Part shown: piece by piece, positions 7,750 through 16,493 of the stretch
How positions within the stretch are numbered: position 1 is the stretch's first letter
Layout of the letters: each line of letters starts with the position of its first letter
Virus record (IMG/VR): IMGVR_UViG_3300031949_000021
Reading direction: 5' to 3' (one strand)
Length of the DNA: 20,000 nucleotides
DNA from: an uncultured virus (IMG/VR IMGVR_UViG_3300031949_000021)
Taxonomy: Duplodnaviria > Heunggongvirae > Uroviricota > Caudoviricetes
The notes under the pieces: model-generated
What the model was told of the DNA's origin: nothing
The model's input: the letters and a program-made list of their open reading frames with translations, nothing else
The model's database searches: none
Position numbers and translations under genes: made by a program

Positions 7750-7792
7750 CTAGGAAAATATAAATGTTTTTAAGATTAAAGGAGAGAGGAAA

Positions 7793-8464
7793 ATGAGTAA
7801 AATTAGTATTAAAGACCTGTACAAGATTGAAAAGGTAGTTACTGTTAAGGATGAAAAAACAGGAAATGAAGCAGATGTATGTTTAAGAATTATATCAGAT
7901 AGTGGAAGAGAAGATGCAATTAGATATGCAAACAAAGAAAAAGCAGAATTAGCTAAAAAGCTAGAGGATAAAGATAGCCCAGAGTATTTTGCTTTAAAAG
8001 AGCAGATAAAAAATTCTCCTGTAGACACATTAGAACTAAAGATTAAAATTATAAAAGAGTCTTTAGTTGGTGATGAGGCATATTTAGCTTTGAGAGCAGA
8101 TGATAAGTATAAAGAGTTGGATGATGGAGAATTATCAGATAGTGAAGATTTTCAAGATGCCTATCTTAAAGAAAGAAGTAAAATAGCTGATGAGTATCTT
8201 GAAAAGCTAGATAAAAATGAAAATAATCTTAGAAAAGAATTAATGGATTTGCAGCTTAAATCCATGCTTAATTCTTTTTTTATGCACAGTTTTAATGAAA
8301 AGATTTTAGTACATGCTATAAGAGATCCAGAAGATTCTTCTAAAAGACTTTTTGATTCTGTAGAGAAGATGAAAGATAACTTTTTTGGGGATAGTTATGT
8401 ACAACTAATTGAAAAATATTATGGTCTTTCTGGAAATAAAACGGAGAATGATATAAAAAACTAG
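7793..8464 (+). CDS. Tail assembly chaperone (lambda gpG-like)
   Basis: Located between the major tail and tape measure genes. Ends ATA AAA AAC TAG, with a slippery heptamer just before the stop. Confidence 0.8.
   Translation: MSKISIKDLYKIEKVVTVKDEKTGNEADVCLRIISDSGREDAIRYANKEKAELAKKLEDKDSPEYFALKEQIKNSPVDTLELKIKIIKESLVGDEAYLALRADDKYKELDDGELSDSEDFQDAYLKERSKIADEYLEKLDKNENNLRKELMDLQLKSMLNSFFMHSFNEKILVHAIRDPEDSSKRLFDSVEKMKDNFFGDSYVQLIEKYYGLSGNKTENDIKN
8455..8461 (+). promoter_or_regulatory. Programmed -1 ribosomal frameshift site A_AAA_AAC
   Basis: Canonical X_XXY_YYZ heptamer in the correct phase, directly before the chaperone stop codon. Confidence 0.85.
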
Positions 8465-8751
8465 CACAAAGCGATACCTTTCTTAATTTAGTTGGTATCG
8501 CAAAGGATTTTAATAACCTAGATTCTCTACTTCCAGAAGGAATAAAGAAATTGTATGACGTTCCGTGGACTATTATTTTAGCTATAGAACAGGCTAAGAA
8601 AGTACTTAGTTGGTATGAAAATTTATCAGAAGAAAAAAGACCACCGAAAGAAATATGGAAAAATGATAGAAAACTTAAAAAATGGTTTGATGATGTATTC
8701 GGAGATAAAGGAAATAAGCACTACGATAGTTATATCAAAGTTGATAAGTAA
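8461..8751 (+). CDS. Frameshift extension of the tail assembly chaperone (gpT part of a ~319-aa gpGT fusion)
   Basis: The -1 frame is open from the slip site (LAQSDTFLNLVGIAKDFNNLDSLLPEGIKKLYDVPW...) and continues into the listed 8551..8751 ORF, whose TTG start lacks a clear SD. Confidence 0.8.
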   Translation, partial: LAQSDTFLNLVGIAKDFNNLDSLLPEGIKKLYDVPWTIILAIEQAKKVLSWYENLSEEKRPPKEIWKNDRKLKKWFDDVFGDKGNKHYDSYIKVDK

Positions 8752-8776
8752 ATTGTTTGAGAGTGTGGTGATTAAA

Positions 8777-9538
8777 ATGTTTGGAAGAGAATATGTTAGT
8801 ATTTATTGGCATACTTGTAAATATTGTGGTAAAGATTTTTATGAAAAGTCTAGTAGTAGAAAAAGAATTTTTTGTAGTAAGAGTTGTTGGAATAAATATT
8901 ATCGAGGAGAGCGTAGTTTAGATGTAAACTTTTTTAAACAATGGACAGAAGAAATGGCCTATATTCTAGGATATATAGCCGCAGATGGGTGCATTAGTAG
9001 ATCTAATGGTTATCCTTATCTAATGTTTGCTAGTATTGATAAGGACATAATATTGAAAGTAAGGAAAGTATTAAAGTCTACCCATAAAATACGGGAGTTG
9101 TTTCCTAACGGATTTAAAGGAAAAAAACAGTATCACCTGTCTATTGGAGCAAAAGATATTTGGGAAGACTTAGAAAGTTTAGGGATAACTGAAAGGAAGT
9201 CTTTAACTTTAAAATTCCCTAGTGCGCCAAAAGAATACCAAAGACATTTTATTAGGGGATATTTTGATGGAGATGGGTATATAACAAAGTGTGAAGACAG
9301 AGATACGATTGGATTTTTGGGTACTTATGACTTTATATCTACTGTAGAGAATATTTTTAGAAATAGGCTTAATATAAGAGAAAAAAAGATTCAGGAAATA
9401 GAATCTGGCAAGTTGCATAGAATCAATTATTACACTAGGGAAGCTTTTTCTATTTTAGAGTGGATGTATAAGGATTCAAATATTTATTTAGACAGAAAAT
9501 ATAACAAATATAAAGAGATGATAGCTTATGCCAGATAG
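8777..9538 (+). CDS. Free-standing double-motif LAGLIDADG endonuclease with an N-terminal Cys4 Zn motif
   Basis: YILGYIAADGCI and HFIRGYFDGDG motifs, YLDRKY C-terminus, and CKYCGKDF...FCSKSC. ATG 8777 follows GTGGTGA and avoids overlap with gpT. Confidence 0.85.
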   Translation: MFGREYVSIYWHTCKYCGKDFYEKSSSRKRIFCSKSCWNKYYRGERSLDVNFFKQWTEEMAYILGYIAADGCISRSNGYPYLMFASIDKDIILKVRKVLKSTHKIRELFPNGFKGKKQYHLSIGAKDIWEDLESLGITERKSLTLKFPSAPKEYQRHFIRGYFDGDGYITKCEDRDTIGFLGTYDFISTVENIFRNRLNIREKKIQEIESGKLHRINYYTREAFSILEWMYKDSNIYLDRKYNKYKEMIAYAR

Positions 9539-12500
9539 TGCGCATTCTTTTGTAATTTCCTTCATTGCTAATATGGCACAATTAGATGCTGCGATTGGTG
9601 TCCAATTGCCTGCTAAAATGGCACAGGCGGTAAAAAATACAAACACTATTTTAACAACAGGAATGTCACAAAATGTAAAAGATGTAGCTACTGTAAAAAA
9701 GGGTATGGACAATCTAACAAAAGCACCCGCACCAAAACCAACCCCACAGCCGTTTGCACCAATTCCTCCAGGTCAAATAAAAACAATTAAACAGCATAAG
9801 GCTGAACAAGATGCATTGGCTGCTTCAACAGGTAAAGTAACTAAAGCACAAGAACAATCTTTAGCTATAAATCAAAAAGCAGCGAAACAATTAGGAGTAC
9901 ATCCAGATGCACTTACCAAGAGTAGAGAAGCCGCTAAAGTACAAAGTAGAGTAAATCAACATTTAAGAGATACGGGTCAGGCAGGAACAAAAGCTAAAAA
10001 GGGTTTTACTGATGCTTTTACTGGTGCTGATTCTTTATCTTCTGTTATTGGTAAGGTAGCTTTATGGACAATAGCAACTGGAGCAGTATTTGGTATGGTT
10101 AGGGCTGTTTCTGAATTAACCCAAAGAAACATAGAATTAGAGAAACATTTTGCAGATTTAAAGCGTGTAATTGATGCAACAAATATGGACAGAATAACAA
10201 CTCAAGTATTTGGTATGGCCCATGCTTTTGGTGTTGCAACTACAGATGTCATAGACGCTACATTTGAATGGGGAAAAACTACAAGAAGTATGACAGATAT
10301 AGTTTATGGGCAGCAAGCATCTATACTAGCAGTAAAAGTTGGGGAAATGGAACTAGCCGATTCTACTAAGTATTTGACTGCTCTTTATCATTCTATGGGA
10401 TTACGTGGACAAGAACTTATAGATGTAGTAGATCAATTAAATGCTTTGCAGAATAAATATGGCGCAAATATTTCTGGTACAATGGAAGTATTAGCTAGGT
10501 CTGGTGGTATTATTAAGACCTATGGAGGAGATTTAAGACAAACTATGGCCCTATCTGCTGCTGCTTTGAAAATGACAGGAGAACAGCCGTCTAAGGTTGC
10601 AACATTATTTAGAAGGCTTCCCGAATATTTAGAAAAGAATAAAGGAAAGCTTGCACTTTTAGGCGCAGAAATGAGCAAAGCTGATGGAACTTCTCTTAAT
10701 TTGGAAAAACGAATAAACAACTTATTTAAAGCATACACTAAACAAGATCAAGCAGGAAAAGAGGCTATTGTAAGATTAGCTGCTGAAGGAAGAAGTAGGG
10801 GTATAATGGCAACCCTACTTAAAAACCAAGATGTTTATATGGCAATGCAAAAAGAAACATATGGAGCTGCTGGAAGTGCTGCTATAGAATATTCCTTAAT
10901 AATGGATACGACAAAGGAAAAAATGGCAAGACTTAATGCAACAATAGATAGATTTGCTAGTGCATCTAATGTAACTAATCCAATAGGGGAAATGGTAGAT
11001 TCTTTTGATGCTTTATTAAGAGCTGTATTAGCAGTTAATGATGCTGCTGGTAGCTTATTTGATACATTAAACAATATTCCTGGAAAAATTACTTTACCTA
11101 TTCCAGCTCCAGGAGGGGCACAAGCAGGAGTAGGGGAAGTAGCTCAAATGGGCTATGCCGCAGGAACAAGTGCTTTTATAAAAGGCCCAGCAGTTGCGCC
11201 TGGTAGAATGGCATCAGCATTAGATGTTGCTGGGGCACTTAGACCAGAAATTATAGAAGCAAAAAGTGCAAAAGAGAGAATGGAAGCCTGGCAAAAACAT
11301 AATAAGGAAGTCCTTAAAGCACTATTAGGGATAGAGTCTACTCCAGAAACAAAATCTAAAGTAGCAATGAAGAAATTGTTAGATAATAGAGAACAGGCAT
11401 TAGATCAAACAAAACAAGATATGCAGGTAGAACTTCAGGCTAAAGCAGCTTACATGGAAATGGAAGATAAGATTAAAAAGGAGTATGAAAAGAAATCAGG
11501 AAAAGAATTAAGTGATTCAGGCATAAAAATAGCAATGATAAAAGAGATGGGTAAGTTGGGGGATTTTAAAAAGTCCACTATAAAAACAATGATAGAGGAG
11601 GAAAACGCAGCAGCTAAATTAGCTGGGATAGAGGGATTATCTAAAAAAGAGATTCAAAAGATAGAAGATACCACTACTGATTTAACAGCAGCAACAAACG
11701 AATATAGTGTTGGATTAATATCTGCTGCTGAATACCAAAAAGAATTAAATAAAGCATTAAAAATATTACCTGAAGGGTCAGAAGAGTGGATTAAGACATT
11801 ACAAGCAAGTAAACAACAAATGGCTGCGCTTATTCAATCTAGAAATAACTTAGCCAAAGCCGCTGCTGAATTTGCAGGTACAGGGGAATTAGAGTCTGCT
11901 ATAATGACACAAAGACAAGCAACTGATGAGTATAATAGGATTAAAAAGTTGCATAAACAAAATAGGGCAACTGAAGAAGAATTAAATAATGCCAAAGCAG
12001 CTTCATATCAAGCAGGAGCAGCGGCTAAAGAGTCAAGAAAAAATCAAATAAGGGCTGAGGAAGAACTGTCTGTAGCCTTTGCAAAAAGTGGAATAGAAAT
12101 AGCAGAAAAAGAACTTCGGATAGCTATAAATGAATTAAGTAGGGCAAACGGGAAAATAGAAAAAGATAAAGCTAGAAAAAATATAGAAGATAAAAGAAGA
12201 GCTTTAATTGATGCCCAAATAGCACGACAAAATTTATTATTAGATGTAGCAGAAGCAGGGGCTAGAACAGAACAGGCATCTATAAATATAGCTTTTCAAA
12301 GAGCTTCTATATTAGCTAAAGCTGCTTATACATGGGAGCAATCTCAGCAAGCTGTAATAATGAAAGAAGAGGCCATAAAAAGACAAGAGGAATATAATAA
12401 GAGTTTAGCTGAAGCACGATTTTCTCTATCATTAGCTAGTAAAAGAAAGCCATTAGAAAGAGTACAAATGGAAATACAGCATGCATATAAAATGCTTGCT

Positions 12501-13172
12501 TTAGAAAAAGACGCAGTAAAAAAACTAGGTATTTTAGCAAAAATAGAAGATTTAAGACTTCAACAACATGCAGATTTGCATGATTTAGAGAAAGCTGTAG
12601 ATGAAGCAAGAGAAGCTAGGATTCTTGAGCCTCTTGAAAAAGCTAGGGCCGAATTACAAAGATCAGAAGCAGAAGTTCCCTGGGTTAGAAATATGGAAGG
12701 AGAAGCAGCAGCACTTAGACAAGAAACGGCAAATTACGAAAAAGCTAAACAATTAAGAATGGATTATTATACACAGGAAAAATCTATTCTTGAAATGCGA
12801 AGAGAATTAGGAGAGATAACTGTACAGCAACAAATAGAGGCTACTATAGCACTTGCTAGAAGCGTAGAGATGACTAGAGAACAAACCTATCAGTTAAGAA
12901 CGGAACTTAAAAGATTACAAGAGGAATCAGAAGCAGAAAAAAGAGAGTCCTTTAATCTTCCAGATATAGCTCTTCCAACCATGTATGAAATAAAACGTAG
13001 TTTACAAGGAGGATATTATCAGCAAGGCGGAGGATATAATGATAATCGAGAAGTTAATATATTTATTAGTAGAGATGTTGATATGAATAGGATAGATGAG
13101 GCTTTAGGAAGAAATAATGTAAATATTTATCAAGGTGGAAAGACTAGAGGTTTGGTGACAAGGAGGTACTAA
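9528..13172 (+). CDS. Tape measure protein (1214 aa)
   Basis: Longest ORF, Ala/Lys/Glu-rich and helical. TP901-like core (DVIDATFEWGK...VVDQLNALQNKYG...SKVATLFR). Directly downstream of the chaperone locus. Confidence 0.92.
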   Translation: MPDSAHSFVISFIANMAQLDAAIGVQLPAKMAQAVKNTNTILTTGMSQNVKDVATVKKGMDNLTKAPAPKPTPQPFAPIPPGQIKTIKQHKAEQDALAASTGKVTKAQEQSLAINQKAAKQLGVHPDALTKSREAAKVQSRVNQHLRDTGQAGTKAKKGFTDAFTGADSLSSVIGKVALWTIATGAVFGMVRAVSELTQRNIELEKHFADLKRVIDATNMDRITTQVFGMAHAFGVATTDVIDATFEWGKTTRSMTDIVYGQQASILAVKVGEMELADSTKYLTALYHSMGLRGQELIDVVDQLNALQNKYGANISGTMEVLARSGGIIKTYGGDLRQTMALSAAALKMTGEQPSKVATLFRRLPEYLEKNKGKLALLGAEMSKADGTSLNLEKRINNLFKAYTKQDQAGKEAIVRLAAEGRSRGIMATLLKNQDVYMAMQKETYGAAGSAAIEYSLIMDTTKEKMARLNATIDRFASASNVTNPIGEMVDSFDALLRAVLAVNDAAGSLFDTLNNIPGKITLPIPAPGGAQAGVGEVAQMGYAAGTSAFIKGPAVAPGRMASALDVAGALRPEIIEAKSAKERMEAWQKHNKEVLKALLGIESTPETKSKVAMKKLLDNREQALDQTKQDMQVELQAKAAYMEMEDKIKKEYEKKSGKELSDSGIKIAMIKEMGKLGDFKKSTIKTMIEEENAAAKLAGIEGLSKKEIQKIEDTTTDLTAATNEYSVGLISAAEYQKELNKALKILPEGSEEWIKTLQASKQQMAALIQSRNNLAKAAAEFAGTGELESAIMTQRQATDEYNRIKKLHKQNRATEEELNNAKAASYQAGAAAKESRKNQIRAEEELSVAFAKSGIEIAEKELRIAINELSRANGKIEKDKARKNIEDKRRALIDAQIARQNLLLDVAEAGARTEQASINIAFQRASILAKAAYTWEQSQQAVIMKEEAIKRQEEYNKSLAEARFSLSLASKRKPLERVQMEIQHAYKMLALEKDAVKKLGILAKIEDLRLQQHADLHDLEKAVDEAREARILEPLEKARAELQRSEAEVPWVRNMEGEAAALRQETANYEKAKQLRMDYYTQEKSILEMRRELGEITVQQQIEATIALARSVEMTREQTYQLRTELKRLQEESEAEKRESFNLPDIALPTMYEIKRSLQGGYYQQGGGYNDNREVNIFISRDVDMNRIDEALGRNNVNIYQGGKTRGLVTRRY

Positions 13173-13522
13173 TGCCAAAATGGCAGATTAATTCTACTCC
13201 TTTCGAGATAAATCCAGTATCCTATGGGTTAGAAAGAAGAAAAAGAATAACAGTATCAGAGATAATTGAAGGGGAAGATATTATTCAAGAAGGGGAAAGA
13301 GAAGTTGATGAAATGTCTTGTGAAATCACTGTCTTAACTTCTACTGCTTTTAGTCAATTAAATACCTGGTATGAAGCAAGTGGCTTAGTAACTTTAACAG
13401 ATGATAATAATATTTCTTATTCTGCTTTAATTACCGGATTAAGTTTAAAACGTACTTATGCAACGAATACGCAATATTATTTTACTGGGACTATTTCATT
13501 TAAGATTCTTAGTGGACTATAG
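13172..13522 (+). CDS. Distal tail protein (Dit)-like
   Basis: Small beta-rich protein coupled by TAATG to the tape measure gene; FEINPVSY N-terminus. Called mainly by synteny. Confidence 0.6.
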   Translation: MPKWQINSTPFEINPVSYGLERRKRITVSEIIEGEDIIQEGEREVDEMSCEITVLTSTAFSQLNTWYEASGLVTLTDDNNISYSALITGLSLKRTYATNTQYYFTGTISFKILSGL

Positions 13523-13532
13523 GTGATGTGTT

Positions 13533-14273
13533 ATGGCTAAAGATAAAATTTGGTTGGAAAATAGGTGTGTAGAAGGACTAACTAGGGAAGAAATGTCTAA
13601 ACTAGCCAACTGCTCTACAAGAACAATTAGTCGTTGGGTAAGTAAATTTAATATTAGTATGCAAGTAGGCAAACCAAAAATTAGTATAGATAAAGATTGG
13701 TTATATCATAAATATAGTATTGAAAAGTTGTCTACACTAGATATAGCTAATTTATGTGGCTATAATGAGGAAACTATACGAAATAGATTAATTGAGTTTA
13801 ATATTCCTATAAGGAGTCGAGTAGAAGGAATAAATACTAATTTAGATAAAAATAAACTGTATAGAAATAAGGAATGGTTATATGACAAATATGTAATAAA
13901 GAAAATGTTAATTAATGCAATAAATAAACAATACTTCTATAGTAGAAAAATAATACGTTTATGGATGGATAAACACAGGATAGAAAAAAGAATTGAAAAG
14001 GGAGGATATATTGCTGCTTATGGCTATATTAAATTAAATATTAATTTTTTATCCCCTTTAGGGTACGTTAATAATGAAGTAATATTAGCTAGATTAATGT
14101 CTACTGATAATATTCATATTTATGAACATCGTCTTATCAGGATAGAAAATCTAGAGTTATGTAATAAACAAGCAGAGCATCTATCTATTCAACAAATAAA
14201 TAAATTAGTTAAAGAGAACACACTATTGCGTGAGGAGAATAAAAAATTAAAGCGGGTGTTATTATATGAGTAG
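13533..14273 (+). CDS. HTH-repeat protein with a degenerate (internally deleted) HNH endonuclease domain
   Basis: Three HTH-like repeats (KIWLE, KDWLYHKY, KEWLYDKY). GYIK...YEHRLI is joined directly to RIENLEL, with no intervening HH...N segment. Confidence 0.7.
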   Translation: MAKDKIWLENRCVEGLTREEMSKLANCSTRTISRWVSKFNISMQVGKPKISIDKDWLYHKYSIEKLSTLDIANLCGYNEETIRNRLIEFNIPIRSRVEGINTNLDKNKLYRNKEWLYDKYVIKKMLINAINKQYFYSRKIIRLWMDKHRIEKRIEKGGYIAAYGYIKLNINFLSPLGYVNNEVILARLMSTDNIHIYEHRLIRIENLELCNKQAEHLSIQQINKLVKENTLLREENKKLKRVLLYE

Positions 14274-15987
14274 ATACCTTGGTAAAGTCTCTCAAACATG
14301 TTATGTTTACCCCCGTGCTACGATCACACAAACACATAGTTTTCAACCAGATAATAATATTAGCTATCGAGTATTTGAACAAGGGGCTATAGAATTAACA
14401 TTACCTAGAGTTAGTTCAATTAATATTTCTAAAACTTATGGTAGTGATGCTGCAACTTGTGATATACAAGTATATGACCCAAATAATCAATTACATCCTT
14501 TAGGATTAGATGTAGATTGGGGGAATACCACTTATCCAGCATTAGTTCCAAACACACTAATTAAAACTTATCAAGGATATGGGGCATCATTACAAAAAAC
14601 GGGTACGTGGATTATTGATGAGGTTAATTTTAATAACCCCCCTGATACAATTACAATAAGTTGCAGAGATTTAGGAAAACTTCTTATAGAACAAACAATG
14701 TATCCACCAATAATCCCTGATGAATTTTATCCGATAGGGTTTTGTTCGACAAGTGATAAAACATCTAATGAAACATATAAAAACACTTCAAGATGGATTC
14801 CTTACACTGATTTATCTGATGTTATTAAATGCCTTTTTAGAATCGCTGGTTTTGATTCTTGGAATATTGAAACTACAGGTATAATGATTACTTTGGAAGA
14901 AATGTCACATATGATGCTTATAGATATAATAAGTAGAGTAAAAGAAATAGTTGGCTATCAACTGTATTTTGATGTAAATGGGATACCTCATTTTGAACAA
15001 GCTCCTGGATCTGGAGGAATATTGCCAACATCAAGCTATGCTATTACACAAGGAGCAGAGTTAATTAATATTAGTAGGACAATAAGAGATGCTAATGCAA
15101 GATCTAAAATATTGGTTCATGGTAGAACAGTTGGTGGAGTAGGAAATATAAACATTATTCCACCACAAAATATCCAACATGTTAGTTATGAAAACCGTCA
15201 AATATTAAATAAATATTGTTTTAACTATTTTAATCCAACACAGGATTGGATAAACTTTAAAGGTTGGGTTTGTGGTATGCCTGCTGATGCTGTTGATAGC
15301 AGTGCAGCAGTTAATAATTGGGTTCCAGTAGCAAGACAAGGAAGTGGTACTAATTATTATGGAATGAATTGTTATAATGCAGTTAAAAACTTTCAAATAG
15401 CTAATGGAATAGTTACATCATCAATTGTAAGAAGTACACATATTGAATGGGGAGATGAAATACAAGGAAAATCTGGTAATTATTGGACAGTTAATAGATA
15501 CAGTCCTGGAGGAAGAACTGTAGGTAATTTTTTTGGGGTTACAAAAAATAAATGGAATTCTGGTAATGCAAATGTTGTAACTACTACAAACGAGTATATT
15601 CCAGGAAGAACTGAAATTGATTTTAGACCTTTAGAATTAATATCTGATTTTGTTGAACCAAACCATTTTTTAACCCCTCTTAGGGGACAGATTAGAGCAG
15701 CAGTACATTCTGATGAGGCCATAGAAAATAAAGAACAGTGTAAAAAAATGGCTAATTTAATTGATTTTTGGAGTAATATGCATAATCATACTATTAGTTT
15801 AACAGTATATGGACAAACAAGATATGATGTAGGGCATTTTGTTGACTTATATGAAGTTGCAACTAAAACAAGAACTAAAGTATTAATAACGGGTGTAAAT
15901 AGTCAAATGGATATATTAAATGGTCATTGGACAATAGGATTAGAGACTTTTGATGCTGATCCTGCTGAACCAATAACTTTCTTGTAG
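14266..15987 (+). CDS. Baseplate hub / tail-associated (Tal-like) protein with a putative peptidoglycan-binding motif
   Basis: Hub-like motifs (GTWIIDEV, ITISCRDLGKLL, LYFDVNG, and C-terminal VYG...DVG...ITGV). YYGMNCYNAVKNFQIANGI resembles the PG_binding_1 helix. Lies after Dit. Confidence 0.75.
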   Translation: MSRYLGKVSQTCYVYPRATITQTHSFQPDNNISYRVFEQGAIELTLPRVSSINISKTYGSDAATCDIQVYDPNNQLHPLGLDVDWGNTTYPALVPNTLIKTYQGYGASLQKTGTWIIDEVNFNNPPDTITISCRDLGKLLIEQTMYPPIIPDEFYPIGFCSTSDKTSNETYKNTSRWIPYTDLSDVIKCLFRIAGFDSWNIETTGIMITLEEMSHMMLIDIISRVKEIVGYQLYFDVNGIPHFEQAPGSGGILPTSSYAITQGAELINISRTIRDANARSKILVHGRTVGGVGNINIIPPQNIQHVSYENRQILNKYCFNYFNPTQDWINFKGWVCGMPADAVDSSAAVNNWVPVARQGSGTNYYGMNCYNAVKNFQIANGIVTSSIVRSTHIEWGDEIQGKSGNYWTVNRYSPGGRTVGNFFGVTKNKWNSGNANVVTTTNEYIPGRTEIDFRPLELISDFVEPNHFLTPLRGQIRAAVHSDEAIENKEQCKKMANLIDFWSNMHNHTISLTVYGQTRYDVGHFVDLYEVATKTRTKVLITGVNSQMDILNGHWTIGLETFDADPAEPITFL

Positions 15988-16034
15988 AGGATGAAAATAG
16001 ACAACTAAAGCGCTTTTTAAAAGGAGGAATATAA

Positions 16035-16493
16035 ATGGCAGAAGAATTCAATAAAGAATTTTATAATTTATTACATCCAAATACACCTAAACCCCCACAA
16101 AACCAAGTAGCAATTAAAATATCTGATGAAATTAATAGATTAAAAGCAGAACAAACTAAAAGGATGTCTTTACAAGAACAAGTAAGAGAGATATCTGGAA
16201 CACTACACTTTTCAGGAACAGATAACGCTACTACAGATACTACTTCTTTTAGTTTTGGTTTTGTTAGATTTTTAGATGAGCCTAATTTAGTAACGGGCTT
16301 TAAAATAAATAATGGAACTATTACAAGCGCACAATTAGCTATATTAGGTTTTGAAATAGATAGTAAAGGAATGTATAGTGGAGTTCAATTTAGAGGAATG
16401 TTTGAGGGTGCAGGGGATTGGGCAGTAGATATAGAATATAGATTACAAGGAAATTGTCATTTAATATATGAGCAAGGGGATGGTTTTAACTAA
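16035..16493 (+). CDS. Minor tail protein (short coiled coil plus beta domain)
   Basis: Strong SD AAGGAGGA; position in the tail-tip block. Confidence 0.55.
   Translation: MAEEFNKEFYNLLHPNTPKPPQNQVAIKISDEINRLKAEQTKRMSLQEQVREISGTLHFSGTDNATTDTTSFSFGFVRFLDEPNLVTGFKINNGTITSAQLAILGFEIDSKGMYSGVQFRGMFEGAGDWAVDIEYRLQGNCHLIYEQGDGFN

Noticed and set aside
7714..7750. Resemblance of GTAAACC...GCAAAA...GGGATTAA to a c-di-GMP-I riboswitch
   Set aside because: The GNRA-capped stem and spacing of that family are absent. Kept only as an unassigned structure.
8615..8776. N-terminal extension of the second LAGLIDADG ORF
   Set aside because: It overlaps the gpT frame by 137 nt. ATG 8777 has an SD-like GGTGA and precedes the first recognisable motif.
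4915..9538. Endonucleases as group I intron or intein passengers
   Set aside because: Flanking genes appear complete, gaps are mostly too short for a ribozyme core, and no intein splice motifs (N-terminal C/S, C-terminal HN) are seen.
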